A stretch of DNA of 64,000 bases from Basidiobolus meristosporus CBS 931.73 (Eukaryota; Fungi; Basidiobolomycota), in NCBI GenBank assembly GCA_002104905.1, contig MCFE01000007.1, positions 124,001-188,000 on the forward strand, read 5' to 3'. The translations under genes were made by a program, and so were the position numbers. This document shows positions 35,204-48,533 of the stretch, in pieces. Each line of letters begins with the position of its first letter. Within the stretch, counting starts at the first letter, position 1. Under the pieces are notes generated by a model. It was not told the origin of the DNA, searched no databases, and saw only the letters and a program-made list of their open reading frames with translations.

Positions 35204-36354
35204 GGTGTTTGAATACTTGTGTCGGGGATGCGATGTCTTTATATTGCTCTTGGGGGAATGACGGCTACGAAAGCAATTAAAAATACCGGTATATACTCGT
35301 TGATAGGCTAATTTTGATAATCGGTTCCGTGTTTACAACAGTAATTCACGCTCTAATGGTCCTTGTTCGTTGTCACGCCATGAAATCAAGGTGCGGTGAA
35401 TCTAGCCCAAAATTGGAATTCCGATTGAATTTTTCTATCACCGCCCTTACACAACAGCTTAGCCCAAACCATGAAAGGTCTACCAAAGCACATTGATACT
35501 CCAAACAGGGTTGTGATCATGGTATGATAGGCACTAGGGCAATGATCCGATTTCACGATACTATTGATTAATTTGGCAATGCTGCAATGTATCAATCAGC
35601 ATCGTTCAAGTAATTTGCTTCTTGGTTGACAAATGAGAAGAGGACTCGGTACCTGGCATTTTAGCAGATCCTCTTGATAGCACAGCGTAATCAGGATATG
35701 CTTATCGACGTACAAGACGTACATAGCATGGCTTTAGATCCAGTTACAATTGTGTCAATGCAGGTACCATTCAAAATAGGCGACACCAGCTAGGTAAAAC
35801 TCATCGAGAGCTCAATGTGCATCCTTCAAATGATTGCATTATCTCTCGAGTTCCCATTGTCCAACATTCGCGCAGTGAAGGAGCCGCACCTTGTCTCGCG
35901 ATGACACATCCAGTCCTCGATCCATGGCTGACAGGAAGAGGCGGTCATTCACTTTCCTAATCCCAGAAATATCGATGAGGTGTGAGCCAGTCAAGACCCA
36001 TGATTTATTGGCATGAAAAAGCTGGCTCTTGATGCTACTTATGTACAACAGATAAAACTAGCTAGACGTCTTAATATTGGAGAAATGGAATGTAACTTGT
36101 AGAGAATCGAAGAAATCATTGCAGCATGAATCTTGCCTTGAACCTGATGCCTTGATGCCGTCTAATATATTGCTGGGGCAGAATCAGGCTTCGGTATCAT
36201 TAGTTTCCTGGTCTTCTTTATATTAATGGATTGACACGTGATCATCCCATTTCCACTTATAAAATTATACAATCGGTGTAGGAGAACTAGCCAGAGTTTC
36301 CTTGGGGTTAGTGGCGCCTGGGTGGCTGATACGAACAATCACCAGAAAGATATC

Positions 36355-37017
36355 TCACACTCCTTGTCGGCTTAAGGAGAACAGCTCTGATCCAAGCGCC
36401 GAGTAACAATTTGAATATACATTGGTGTACGAGTGGTGGGTAGGCTTCGGGGCTTTGGTAATGCTGCAGTAGCCTGGCTTCTGTGGACTTAGGGAAGGGA
36501 GATCCACTATGTCCAAATAAGAGATCTCATGATGGCGAATGAACTGCTCTATGTAAAGTAGCCATTGTGAATATTCCTCTTCCGGTATGTGTAAGCGATA
36601 TTTGATGGAGTGAAGAAACTCGGCCTCCATCTGATTCAACTCCGACACTGGGATTCGGGTTAACTCCGACCAGGTCTGGTTTGTGTATGTCGAATCCTCA
36701 AGCATCTTGTGGGAGATGATCAAGGAAATCACGAATAGTCGGCATTCGGACCCTTCCTCTCCACGGACATCTGGGCAGTACTTCGTCAGCCGCTGAACAT
36801 ACTTGAGACCCAGGAAAATCACTGAGGGGCTCACTTCACTGCGTATGAACACTGCTTTACAAAAATCCCGGAAGGTTATACTTGGTCCAGCCATGGTTAC
36901 TTTCTGATGCCACATCCGGTGAATCATGTGGGCTACAAAATTGGCAAGGAGCGGGATGTTGGATTTAGAGAAGTGAGGCAACAGCGGGTATTTGACCGAC
37001 AGCCATGTTTGTGGCAT
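36355..37017 (-). CDS. Pcl/Pho80-family (Pho85-type) cyclin
   Basis: Cyclin box SPSVIFLGLKYVQRL...GSECRLFVISLIISHKMLEDSTYTNQTWS...ELNQMEAEFL. Confidence 0.9.
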   Translation of the reverse strand: MPQTWLSVKYPLLPHFSKSNIPLLANFVAHMIHRMWHQKVTMAGPSITFRDFCKAVFIRSEVSPSVIFLGLKYVQRLTKYCPDVRGEEGSECRLFVISLIISHKMLEDSTYTNQTWSELTRIPVSELNQMEAEFLHSIKYRLHIPEEEYSQWLLYIEQFIRHHEISYLDIVDLPSLSPQKPGYCSITKAPKPTHHSYTNVYSNCYSALGSELFSLSRQGV

Positions 37018-38504
37018 CGTTTACGGAAGTTAGATGAAAGTAGGGTTGGTGGTTAGAGGTTTAAGTGTAGATCACCCAAGGCAACAAAGTACAGATACTG
37101 TAAGCAGGGCAGAACCTCCCTACGAAGAAGAAACAGATTCAAGTCGACCAGATTCGTAGCCTTCTGTTAGGGAACAAAGTGAGTACTGTAGAGGGATATA
37201 TCTTTGAAGCCATCCCTTCAGGGGGGTTCGCTTGGATTATATAGAATTAGCCAAAAGAGGACACCCTGAGCGCCTGAGTAGTATTTCAGATTCAGGAGAA
37301 AGCAAGACATCTACATAGAGGTGCCCTATTCATCACTAATCAAATGATGCATGAGGATCGCTTGGTGAATCTTGGTATATTGTGGTTCATTCATATAAAG
37401 CAAATACAGAATGACTCGTAAATACGGGGGAGAAAAATCGTCCATTCATTTCATTGTATTGCCGCTAGTGAGAATAAGCCATGGATCCAGATGCCTGAGC
37501 AACGGAAATGCCATTATCCTTGATCTAGGAAATGGATTAGTATCTCAGGATAATGGGGTCGCTCTTTGCAGCAGAACGAGGTTCTCTGTTGTTGCACGCC
37601 CTTATTACTTTCGCTATTCCTAAACCCTTTTCTCCTCGATTGTCGGAAATGGGTGCCTGTTTTGCAGTCGCGTTCCAGCAGATCCTGATCCGCCATGTCA
37701 TAGTATACACTTACATATGCTTACTATTAATCTCCAACAGCCTGTGCATCACGAGCCATCGTGGACGCCCGGCCTATCCTGAGAGATAGGAAGAATAATT
37801 GAATGTAAGAGTCTTGTGCACATTGCACTACGTCGTCGCTTCCGAGCCTCGCTACTCTAATATAACCATATGGATCAGTATCAGTAAGGTCTTGCTTCCC
37901 TGACTCGGATGACCCTTGTGCGTACATGGATATATTGAATGAATCTTTCGTTATTCAAACACCCAGACCGACCGACCCGAACAATTCATGGTAGGGACGA
38001 GTGAACCCTCGGCATGGGCCAAATGGCCAAGCGAGTGTTATGTAACCAATGTACTTTCATCACCAATCCCTACCGTTGCGATAGATACTATATATATGCA
38101 GATTACCCATATTTGTACCATGGTGTCGATAAAATAAGAAGCCATTATACGCACGAACCAATCACCCGCGGCGGTGAGATGTGTGTGCTCAGGCAGCTGA
38201 ATAATCGGATATAAAATATCGAAAGACTATCAACAATAACCACAATCCACAGATTTCCATTGCCAAATAAATTTTACACTTCGTGAATGTCGACGCGTTT
38301 TCCCACGATAAGCTCCCTACTGCACCATCCATTGGTACATTGATACATTTAATGGTCTATCAATGACCAAAATCAACCAATTACGTCTCAGTCGCCCGAA
38401 GGCCACCCAGGAAAACGGGATAGTCGCAAGAGCGCAGGTTTACTACCAAGCTTCCTTGCATTGACTGCTTGAGAGTGCTTTCCATCCTCCTAGGTAAAGA
38501 AAAT

Positions 38505-39677
38505 ATGACCATTAATCAACCAGAGAACTCCGTGTTTATTCAAAAAGCGCAGCCCGCTCCTGGTTCGGCGACTTCCAAGAAAGAGGTGCCTGGACTTTTC
38601 CAGCCACTACGCATTCGCTCTTTAACCTTGAAAAACAGGGTGGTCGTATCTCCAATGTGCATGTTCTCTTCCGAAGATGGTTTCATGAACGACTTCCACT
38701 TTGTTCATATAGGCCAGTTTGCCAACTATGGTGTTGGTTTAATTCTAGTGGAGGCCACTGCAGTACTGCCTAATGGACGTATCAGTCCGGTCTGCGCTGG
38801 ACTCTGGAAAGACGAGCATATGGAACAAATGAAGCGTATTGTAGACTATGTTCATAATGCAGGCTCGTTGATTGGAATTCAAATAGGCCACGCGGGCAGA
38901 AAGGCTTCAACCCCCGCACCATACACTACCGACAAAGCCGAGCGAGCAACTATTTCTCCGGAACAAGGCGGCTGGGAGGACATTTGGGGCCCGTCCCCTA
39001 TAAAGTGGAACGATGGGTGGGCCTGTCCTCATGAGATGACCGCTGAAGAGATTGACACCGTAAAGCAGGCCTTTGTCGCCTCAGCTATTCGTGCTGAGAA
39101 GATTGGATACGATGTGCTAGAAATCCATGGGGCTCACGGATACTTGATCAACCAATTTCTCTCTCCTGTCTCCAACCAACGTAATGACCAGTATGGCGGG
39201 AGTTTTGAAAATCGTATCCGACTTCCTATAGAAATTGTGAAGGCTGTTAGGGGAGTCTGGCCTAAAGAAAAGCCGCTATTCTTCAGGATATCTTCTGTGG
39301 AATGGGTCCCCGAAGGTTGGTCCATCGAAGATACTGTAGAGTTGTCAAAGCAACTGCTACAGTTTGGTGTCGACCTGTTAGATTGCTCCTCGGGTGGCAA
39401 TTCCGTCAATCAAAAAGTCCTCATTGCTCCTGGATATCAAGTTCCTTTTGCCCAACAAGTTAAGTCCCAGGTCTCTAGCCTCCTTACGGGTGCCGTTGGT
39501 TTGATCACTGATGCTCACCAGGCAAATAATATCATCGAGAGCAAGCAAGCAGATATTGTGCTTCTTGGTCGGGAGCTGCTTCATAACACCTCCTGGACAC
39601 TGAAGGCAGCCTACGACTTGGGAGTCGATGTTAGTTGGCCCACGCAATATGGTTACTGCTGTAAACGCCGCATATAG
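38505..39677 (+). CDS. NADH:flavin oxidoreductase / Old Yellow Enzyme (YqjM-like subclass)
   Basis: LKNRVVVSPMC, QIGHAGRKAS, EIHGAHGYLINQFLSP...NQRNDQYGGSFENR; the first ATG is at 38505. Confidence 0.96.
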   Translation: MTINQPENSVFIQKAQPAPGSATSKKEVPGLFQPLRIRSLTLKNRVVVSPMCMFSSEDGFMNDFHFVHIGQFANYGVGLILVEATAVLPNGRISPVCAGLWKDEHMEQMKRIVDYVHNAGSLIGIQIGHAGRKASTPAPYTTDKAERATISPEQGGWEDIWGPSPIKWNDGWACPHEMTAEEIDTVKQAFVASAIRAEKIGYDVLEIHGAHGYLINQFLSPVSNQRNDQYGGSFENRIRLPIEIVKAVRGVWPKEKPLFFRISSVEWVPEGWSIEDTVELSKQLLQFGVDLLDCSSGGNSVNQKVLIAPGYQVPFAQQVKSQVSSLLTGAVGLITDAHQANNIIESKQADIVLLGRELLHNTSWTLKAAYDLGVDVSWPTQYGYCCKRRI

Positions 39678-40875
39678 TGATTTTCATCACATTTTTTGCA
39701 TAGGACAAGTATTCGAATTTTAATGAGTAAATTCCTCATTAATATGACATGATAGGCTAGATATTTGTTGAGTGCCCATATATTGCTAGCGTTGGGAGGC
39801 TACACGGTACCTATTGTTAAATCTAGTAGATGCTCTCCATGGTATGCTTTAACATGCATTTAAATGGTAACTGGAGATCAATCGAAAGGCGAAATACTTG
39901 ACCTGAGGAGCAATGAGTAGCATAATAAGGGTACACGTAATGTAATAGAGGCAATGGGATCATTGATGCACCACTCCAATCAGGTGTAGATTAGGCCATG
40001 CTAATAATTGCTCCCTGGAAAGCAAAATACCGCATAGTTTAAAAGGTCAGCGCACATTAAGCAGTGAACGGGAGTTAGGAAAATAGGATCCACTCGAAGC
40101 CCAGCCCCAGTCACCTGCGCTGCTTGGCCATCATAGGCCTAGGCTTTCAGTGCTCTTGCTTGAAAGCCTGATTCATCAGGCACACTATTCGACTGGTAAG
40201 CTACTTGGCAAATCAAGTTAACCACTCCATGATTTGTCAAGTTTGAGATGAAACAATCAGCGCCGTTTCTGGAGAGGTGGATTTAAACATGATGATATCC
40301 AATTCGTATCGCATCACTTGCCAATATGTAGAGTTTTCCTGGAACCATGTATCTCATGATCATCGCTTTGAGTGCACCACCCAATGCCAATCGCTGGCCT
40401 ACCTATTTCTGATCAGTGTTTGATCCAGTTCTTCCAATTCCTATCAAAGGCTAGAAGGCGGTTGTATCAATGGAGACGATTGACATGCTTTAGAGTCGTG
40501 GTCGGAGCAGAATCCGCAGTGCTCGAGTCAGGGTAGACTAGATAGATGCGTATACAGGCTCGTTAGGCTCAGTATGAGAGGCGGTGCAGTTAAAAGGTTA
40601 CTAATGTGTTGTGAGTTACTTTAATAATGACGCTAAACACGCAAGCCTAAAATTATATTACTGAAATCCGAAATAATAGACAGACTTTAAAGAAAGGTTT
40701 GCTGAAGGGGTGATGGATAATATCTAATATCGGGCTACAGGAGTTGAGGCGCGATTTAGTCACATGGTATTTACATAGGGATTTCATATATCTTGGCTAT
40801 TTAATCGTTAGTCCGTCTTGTTGGTCGTCAGCTTAGAACATCTTTCTTTAATAGCGGGTGTGTCCAGTAGCCTTC

Positions 40876-41571
40876 TTATCGGTTAATCTCTATGTGATTT
40901 GGATAGGATTTTACTAAAAACAATAGGCCATCGAGTTCGTTGGATTTCAGTGTATCCCAATAGAGATACCCATTTCCTAGTATTCGATGATGAATTGATC
41001 AGTCAGATGCGGTTGATATGTGACTGTGTCATGTCTTACCAAGCGAGTTCAATCTAGGTAATTCTTCCACATCCTCCAAGTAGAATACCCACTTATGTCC
41101 GTTTGTATTTTGGCTAATACAACGATTGCAAGGGTGGACAATGTAGTATCCCACAGTGTTACCACTACAACTTGGTTATTATATCGACCTTCAATCTCAG
41201 TCTGTTTCGGTTGACCTACCAGCAAGAACAAGCGGTACGTTGTAGTTCACAAGCACAAGAAATCCTTAAACGTTCCTGCTCGTCGATGGCAGATTTGCAG
41301 TTCATAGGTTCCCAGTCTGTAGAATAGAGATGCACACTAGGTCTAGCAACTAGCATGGCCTGAATAATACCAAAAATGAATGTTAATAAACGTTTGCTAA
41401 ATTGAAAGTACAGCTTTCTTCAGCCAGCGAGTTGATTTCAGCTTGAAAATCTCATCCGTAAATGCTGCTTCTTACTTTCATAGCTCGGTCAGTGAGTAAT
41501 GTTTGGCAATGCTTACAGCTCAAAGATAAAACCTTTCTACCAGTACTCAACGTTTGCGGTGTTTTGACCAT
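40876..41571 (-). CDS. FAM72: FAM72-family zinc-binding protein, paralog A (153 aa; exons 41476-41571, 41220-41359, 41040-41164, 40876-40976)
   Basis: Manual splice over GT-AG introns of 116, 55 and 63 nt gives ...VLSLSCKHCQTLLTDRAMKAMLVARPSVHLYSTD...CACELQRTACSCCGNTVGYYIVHPCNRCISQNTNGHKWVF...YLYWDTL...EINR*. This matches the FAM72 pattern as I recall it. Confidence 0.9.
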
Positions 41572-42331
41572 GATTCACAGTCCTAAGGGTTTGAGGTTTT
41601 AGTGGACAAAGGTACAGGAAAGTGGAATGTGGAAGGCAGGTGAGGGAAACGTGCAATGGTGTAACTGGTGATAAACAACGACTAAGAAGAAAATATATCG
41701 TGTGCTTGAATGATGCAAGTAGACCCTTGAAAAAAGGAAGCAAGTTAAATATATAGCTCTGGATTGCATACTAGTATAATATTAATGATTGGGCTTTTAT
41801 TCGAAACAGGGATGTTGGCCTCATGTGACTACCTTTTTCATATGCAACATACGATCACGATTCAGGAAATAAAAGATCTCGCAGATTCGTTCGGTCTGGC
41901 GGCAATCATTGTGGTGTTCTATGACGGAAAAATCTTACCAAGCATAGACGTAGCACATTACATAATGCAGAGTTGCTCTCGTAGTGGTGTGCTAGCATAA
42001 TAGTGGATGAGTAATAGCACGGTTTACTTGAGGTTATTTGGATGTCATCAGGCGCTTACAATCATAGATTCGAGATGAGTATGAAATACAGACTTTATAA
42101 AAGGATTTTTAGATTCCGTATCAAGAACATTAGCTTCGACCTTCATTAGGTGGAAATACTCTCTCTTACCTGTATCTTAAGAAGCTAATATTTGGGCGAT
42201 ATTTTTAGAGATATATATATAAAATTACGTATCAACAGGAGACTGATTAGTGCATGTTTCTAATATCCATGTCATTGAAGGTGTCTTGCCCTGGTGGTCA
42301 TGTATGAAATCTGAGCGCCTATCGGAGGGGA

Positions 42332-43025
42332 CTAACGATCCAATTCTACCAATTTAGTTTTTTGCTCGTCTAATTCAGGTGTTTGTATAGCTCCCCATAA
42401 TACTGGGATGGATTCTAACAGATAAGCATTAGTAGTTGTTTGAGATGACTGTTCGGGAAGATGTTAACCTGGCGAGAGGCGCTCCATGGATTTCACCGTA
42501 GCAGAATGGAAGATCCAGTAATGGCCGTTGTTATAGTCCGACAAGCAACTGGGACAGGCTGATGTTACATTGTACCCAACCACGTTGCCACTAAAGTAGT
42601 CCAATAATTAGACCAAGGCCGAATTCACAAGATGTCGACGAAATCCTAACCAATCTAGACATGCGACGTCGCGTATACTACATCCACATTTTTCTGTGAG
42701 GTATTCGGGGCCTACTCCTTGGGCTCTAATTTACAAGGTTGTAAGCTTACACCAAAGAGGTTGTGGAAGCAAACGAACCAGCTTACCTCCAAGGTATAGC
42801 ATCTGTCGAATACAACTCTACTTTACAATCGGCCAGCAATACTGCTTTCATTCCCCGTTCACAAAAGAAATTCTCACAAAACCGACATGTCAGGATAAAG
42901 ACTGGCTTGGAGTCAAACCCGGGTCTTGATTGCGTGCTTCTCAGCAAAACACTTGTACGTGAGCTGTCACGAATGTAAAAACCAGGATTCTGATGACGAT
43001 TAACACTAGTTTCAATCATTGACAT
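42332..43025 (-). CDS. FAM72: FAM72-family zinc-binding protein, paralog B (172 aa; exons 42787-43025, 42651-42725, 42469-42590, 42332-42414)
   Basis: Introns of 61, 60 and 54 nt give ...VFILTCRFCENFFCERGMKAVLLADCKVELYSTDAIPWRAQGVGPEYLTEKCGCSIRDVACLDCGNVVGYNVTSACPSCLSDYNNGHYWIFHS...VLWG...ELDR*. Confidence 0.94.
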
Positions 43026-44263
43026 GCAATACAAAAACTCCAGTTGTGGCAAGATCTCGTCGTTATGGGGCGTCTTTAGGTGTTTCAAGTGTAGTCTAAG
43101 GGTGAGGGTTTGGAATGAAGAAGTATCTAAAAGGAGTGAACAGTCTATAAAGTGCTTTATAAAATGCTGATCATGGGTGTGGCTACTTTTTATTGCGAAA
43201 TGCTCATTACTCTAAATAAGGAACGTTTCATGTGAGTTAGGAATTTCAGTATCTGCATACAAACATGTTTTACTCATTGGTGTGCATGATAAAAGGTCAG
43301 GCTTGGTTGCCCATCAACATAGGAGATATTCTTCAATAATATATGTACGATTCTCGATCCTCATTCACTCTGTACAGTAACAATAATGAGCAATGGAGTA
43401 TCTGCCAAATGAGAAAATGTTGGCAACTTGGTTGTCACTCCATATCTCAATGCCAGTGCCGGGGTGCGACAATGATCGGTACACGTGCGATTGTTGAAAT
43501 TACTCAATAATGCGGCAATGTGTGAGGATTCCATTTCGTTTCTGTTTGTGCGAAACACATGCGATAGTCGACCATACATGTGCAGTATCACCGATTATTG
43601 GTAGGGATGTTGTAAATACAAATCCATGAAAATGCCCTGCACCACTGAACAGTTTCTGTACCTGAGCATTGAGAATACAAGTTTTAAGAGAGGATACTGT
43701 GGATGGCTTAAGTCGCAGCTGCCGGAAAACGCCGCTTGGCCAAATCTATTTGCAAAATCAGAACATCTAGAGGACATGCTGCATGACCTATATTGATGTA
43801 TGTTGTATCAATTACAACAGTGATATACTCCTGGATACGAGTACTTGGTGAGTTTGCAAATGTATTCTAGGGGTTATACATGGCCATTACTGCTTGATTT
43901 ATTAACAAGAAATAACAAGGCATGAAGTTGTCTCAGATATTTAGCCAATTCACAACCAAATGCCTGTGGAAGAAATGGTGACGAAAACGATTCCATCACG
44001 AAATAAGAATTATACACTCTTGCCCCTGAACGTTGTACAGAATTCAATCGGAACATTTCTCCACTAGATACTAGAATAACAACTTCGAGTATTCTAGAGG
44101 GGTTTAACCAAACTTTATCCTGCACACAAATCAACTAACTTAATTCTGAATTAACTCCATTCTAGCAAATATTTAATCCAATCGAATTCACTGGCAACTT
44201 ATCCATTCCAAATTTGGCGATTCGCAATGCAATGATGGAATATTTATTTAATGTGAAATCAGT

Positions 44264-45864
44264 TTATACGGGAGTAAGTACAAGCTTTGGAGCGTAGGCA
44301 GCAAATGCGAAAAGCAAACCGGCGACTAGCCCAGCACATGGTAGGGTTAAAATCCAAGAGAAGAAGCACCAAGCAATCATTCTCCAATTAATGGTTTTGG
44401 CACTGCCGTTACAGAGACCTACAGCCGTAGTAGCTCCAGTGATACAATGGGTTGTTGATACTGGTAGCCCAATCTGTGAGGCAGTAAGGACGGTAAGACA
44501 ACTACCTAACTCCATGCTGAAACCACGGGATGGGGAGTGATAAGTGATCTTGTTACCAAGGGTTCTCATGATATTGTACCCATAGGTAATAAGACCAATA
44601 TCAATGAAGACACCTCCCATAGCAAGAATCCATAATGGCACTGGCGTTTTGCCACTAACATCCACAGTAGCGGTAGACCACACATAATAAATAGTAGAGA
44701 GAGGACCGACAGCGTTTGCCACATCGTTGGAGCCGTGAGCAAAACTGGCCATACTAGCAGTGATGACCTGAATGAAGCTGTACATATACTCAGTATCATC
44801 ATCATATCTATCAGCTGCGTCATGGATCTTTTGAAGCCTCTCGCCTTTGCAGGTTACTACATCTTGACGAACTCCATTCAACACAAAGTTCTTCAATTTG
44901 CTCCAGGGGCCATTGGGTAGTGATTCTTCTACCACGTCGCATTCGGCGACCTTTTCGTTGCGCTCATTCAGCTCAAGGTTGCGTTCAGCTCTAGTTTGTC
45001 GTGGGCCAATGAAGGGGGTAACGAAGACATGGTACCAGCGAAGATATTCGTCTTCCCGGATGGTACGACGGAACCACGGGGCAATGAAGAACCAGCAGAA
45101 TAGCATAACAAGGACAGTAATGCCAGATGTAAGTCCCCAAACCAATCCAACGCTGTTTTGGGTAAGATCCTTGAAGCCAGGTGCCTTGTAGAAGAGATAG
45201 ATGAAGCAGATGAAGATGGTCATGCCGAAGTAGAGAGGAATAGCGCGAAGGCCACGCTCAAATGAGTTGGACTTTTCCAGCACCATGTACTTGGTAACCA
45301 GGTAGATAATACTAGCAACAACACCAGCAGCTACAGGTGAGACGAACCAGGAGGTCACAATCTTGGCAACTCCACCGTAGCCCCAGTCAACACTATCAAC
45401 CCCGAAGGCGGAGATCCCCACTCCAATGATGGCACCCACGATGGCATGGGTAGTTGATACAGGCCATCCATTGCGGGTTGCAAAGATTACCCAGAGAGAC
45501 GAGCCAACGACGGCGCAAACCATAGCAAGCTAGTTAAGGATACGAACGGTTAGCCATAAAAATAATGGTATGGTGGTTAAACATATGAATTGTATCCTAC
45601 CATAAGGAGCTCAGGCTGTCCTGCGAAATTCTCGAGGTCAATAATCTTTCCGCGAATAGTCTCAGATGTTCCAGAACCAAGAAGTAAAGCACCGAAGAAC
45701 TCCGTAAAGATAGCAATACAGCAGGCTTGGGCAAGGGTCAAGGATTTCGAAGCCACGGAGGTGGAGAATGAGTTGGCGACATCATTAGCACCGATACCAT
45801 AGGCATCGAGGATAGAGAATATCATCCCTACCACAAAAAGCCAAGTGTAGTCATGAATCTCCAT
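44264..45864 (-). CDS. PHO89: PiT-family Na+/phosphate symporter (2 exons: 45601-45864, 44264-45529; 509 aa)
   Basis: Signatures GIGANDVANSF and HGSNDVANAVGP, plus PVSTTH twice; the 71-nt intron is in frame. Confidence 0.96.
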
Positions 45865-48533
45865 TGTTTAGCTTCAAGGTTATTTAGAAAATTGAGATGG
45901 CTCGATGATACTCCACAGAACCGAACACCACGATTTTTATACTCTGCGAACTCGCATCTGACCACCTCTCCACAACTTACTTGATGCTTGCTTTTGGCAA
46001 ACAAAAGTTTATTGGTCCAAGGATTTTCTAGATTCGAAGAAGTGACTTGATATTAGGCTTTAGTACGACCTCATGTCCTCAATCTTGCATTTGAGTGGTT
46101 AGCTTAAATGCTATAAAGTTGATACACGATGCATCCCTTAATCGTACGATTCGAGGATTAGATCAACTGGAATGACACCTGAACTCTTGGGTCTGGGGTG
46201 GCAGTATCTTGAGCGGAAAATACTCAATCTGCCCTACTTTTCACAAAGTCAATAATTAGATTGCCAACTGGAGCAGAAAAGAAAATATCCCAATCTGTAC
46301 CCCCCTCTAGGCCATATATGGTTTAAGAAATCTGAAACGGCACCTCGAATGGATGATAATTAAGGGGTTACCAGATTCACCGGAATAGATACCAAAAATA
46401 CCTAGATTTCCTATACGATGATACATGTCGGCGGGCTCTTTTACGAAAATGGCAAGTACGTACATTATGCCCCCCCTAATCAAATACGAGTGTTACTTTG
46501 CGCTGCGTGCCTTCCTACCGATTTAGTCAAACACTGGTACACAGATGGAAAGGTCTTGTAATGGGATTGAAGTGGTGTTTTTAGGAACTGCAGAATATGG
46601 CGATCAAAATGGTCGACCTTCTTGATGCAGACTGGACCTGAAAATTAACATACCAGAATGGAACGATTACGTAGGGTTGGGCCCATTAAACAATCCGCTC
46701 ATCTGCCGAGTGAAGATTAACCTTCATAGCCAATTATAGGAAGGACCCCAGGGGGTTCAGCTCGGAAAATCTCACCATAGCTCTGTTTAGTTTCCGACCT
46801 CAAAACGAGCCCTGAGGTTCAGTATATGTGACCTCGTATTTCAAATTATCTACAAGGCCTGAGTCATTTCGTTACACCATCACCCAATTGGATGCGGTAA
46901 AGCCCCGGTCCAATGGGGTGCTTGGAATTTAGCACGCACTCCTATGCTTGGGTCAATATTGTCGTCTGGGATATTCCAAGAATTAGCCAGTGTGATCTAC
47001 TACAGATGGTTGGCACCACTTCCTCACGGCCCTTGCTTTGTGGCCAGTGATAGCATGATGCAGGCTGACCTAGGATCCCGCCAATCCATTTCATATAATC
47101 CGCACATGTTAGCAAAATGCAAATAAGCTTGGTGCTTTAGATGGATGAGTCTTAGTCATCATTTTGTCAATTAGGCGACCATGCCCTTGACGGCGCCACT
47201 TCGTACCTGATCACCTATGATATCATTCCTACCCTACTTTGTAGACTGCACTTCCGAGGTTGACCTACCTACACATTACCGAATCATTCTAGAGGATATT
47301 GCCTGATATTGTGTGATATCGAGCTACCTGACTCACATTTCCTCCGATTTACGTGACAGATTACGACCTTCATGTCCTTGTATATTATACTTATGCCACT
47401 TGGTATATGGACTGCTTCAAAAGGAGCAATCCTAGCGTTGAGAGCTTCAAGGTAACTCCAAGTCAATGGAACATTGCTGTCAAATCCGAAGTATTACGGT
47501 GAAAGTTGGACAGCTACTGATACAACGACCATGATGAATATGGCTTTCAATGGAAGCAAAGTGTGTGCGTGCAACATTACTTATTCAAGGTTGTAGCTCA
47601 GAGGGAATTATATGCTGACAACCCTCGACTGCAATGGTGATTCATTTGGAAGTATTATTCGTATGGAGTTACAGACACTGTGGTAAGGGAGCTATGCTAC
47701 TATTGCTTACTATGGTTATAGCTCAAATTGTGGGAATTCTCATTTGTTCCAACGTATTGATGTAGATGATTATTGTTTAGCACCTGATCGAGAATGATTC
47801 GTGATGTTGACTGAATTCTTAAGTTCAGCGGAATCTCGGAGATACGCCCAATGGCTGCTGGAACTTGAATGTTTCTAGAAACCGGTGCCTGCAGATGGAT
47901 TATTTGTGGATGAAAATACCTCAATAGTTCGAATTCTCTTTTCCACCGATTCCCGAAGATACCAACAAAATCCCCCATATTTCACATGCCCGCCTGATAC
48001 GGTCTCACAGTTCTCAACAACTATCAGGGTTGCTCGGAGTAGTGGAAGGATACTGGCAATATTTGTGACCAATGATCATTGTAAAACTTGCTCCATCAAG
48101 CTAGGGATTATTAGCTCCGTCTGGCTTTGGATCATATTGACCATCACAGATTACTATTAGATTTGGATCGATACTTTTTGTCAGATTGTCGCACTTCAGC
48201 AAGTGCGCAATAGATGTGTAGCAGCTATCTCAGCTGAGATAAGCATAGTATCGCTTGAAGGATCGAGATTGGTACCATGAATACAGGCAGGGCGGATTTC
48301 TGATGAGCAGTACGAATGAGCAACCCATGTTATAAATTCGGTCCACTTACTGGACCCTGGTGTGTATGGCCGACGCTTACGCTCTGCTTTTCGAGTCCGC
48401 CAATATATTGTGACTGTGCAGCGAAAGGAAAACAATCTTTGTCCAATCACATGATTTGCACCTCAATCAAGATTTGATTTGATTTGATTACCCGCGAGAA
48501 TCTGCCAGAGCTCTTTAGGTACACCTTCTTTCC

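Noticed and set aside
43361-44134. Protein-like open stretches on the minus strand between PHO89 and FAM72 paralog B
   Set aside because: Interrupted by stops and not assignable; may be a relic but is unsupported.
47700-48160. Overlapping 65-92 aa ORFs on both strands
   Set aside because: No motif and no splice model; probably random.
48460-48490. Short GATTT tandem repeat upstream of the Ser-rich gene
   Set aside because: Only 3-4 units; an ordinary microsatellite.
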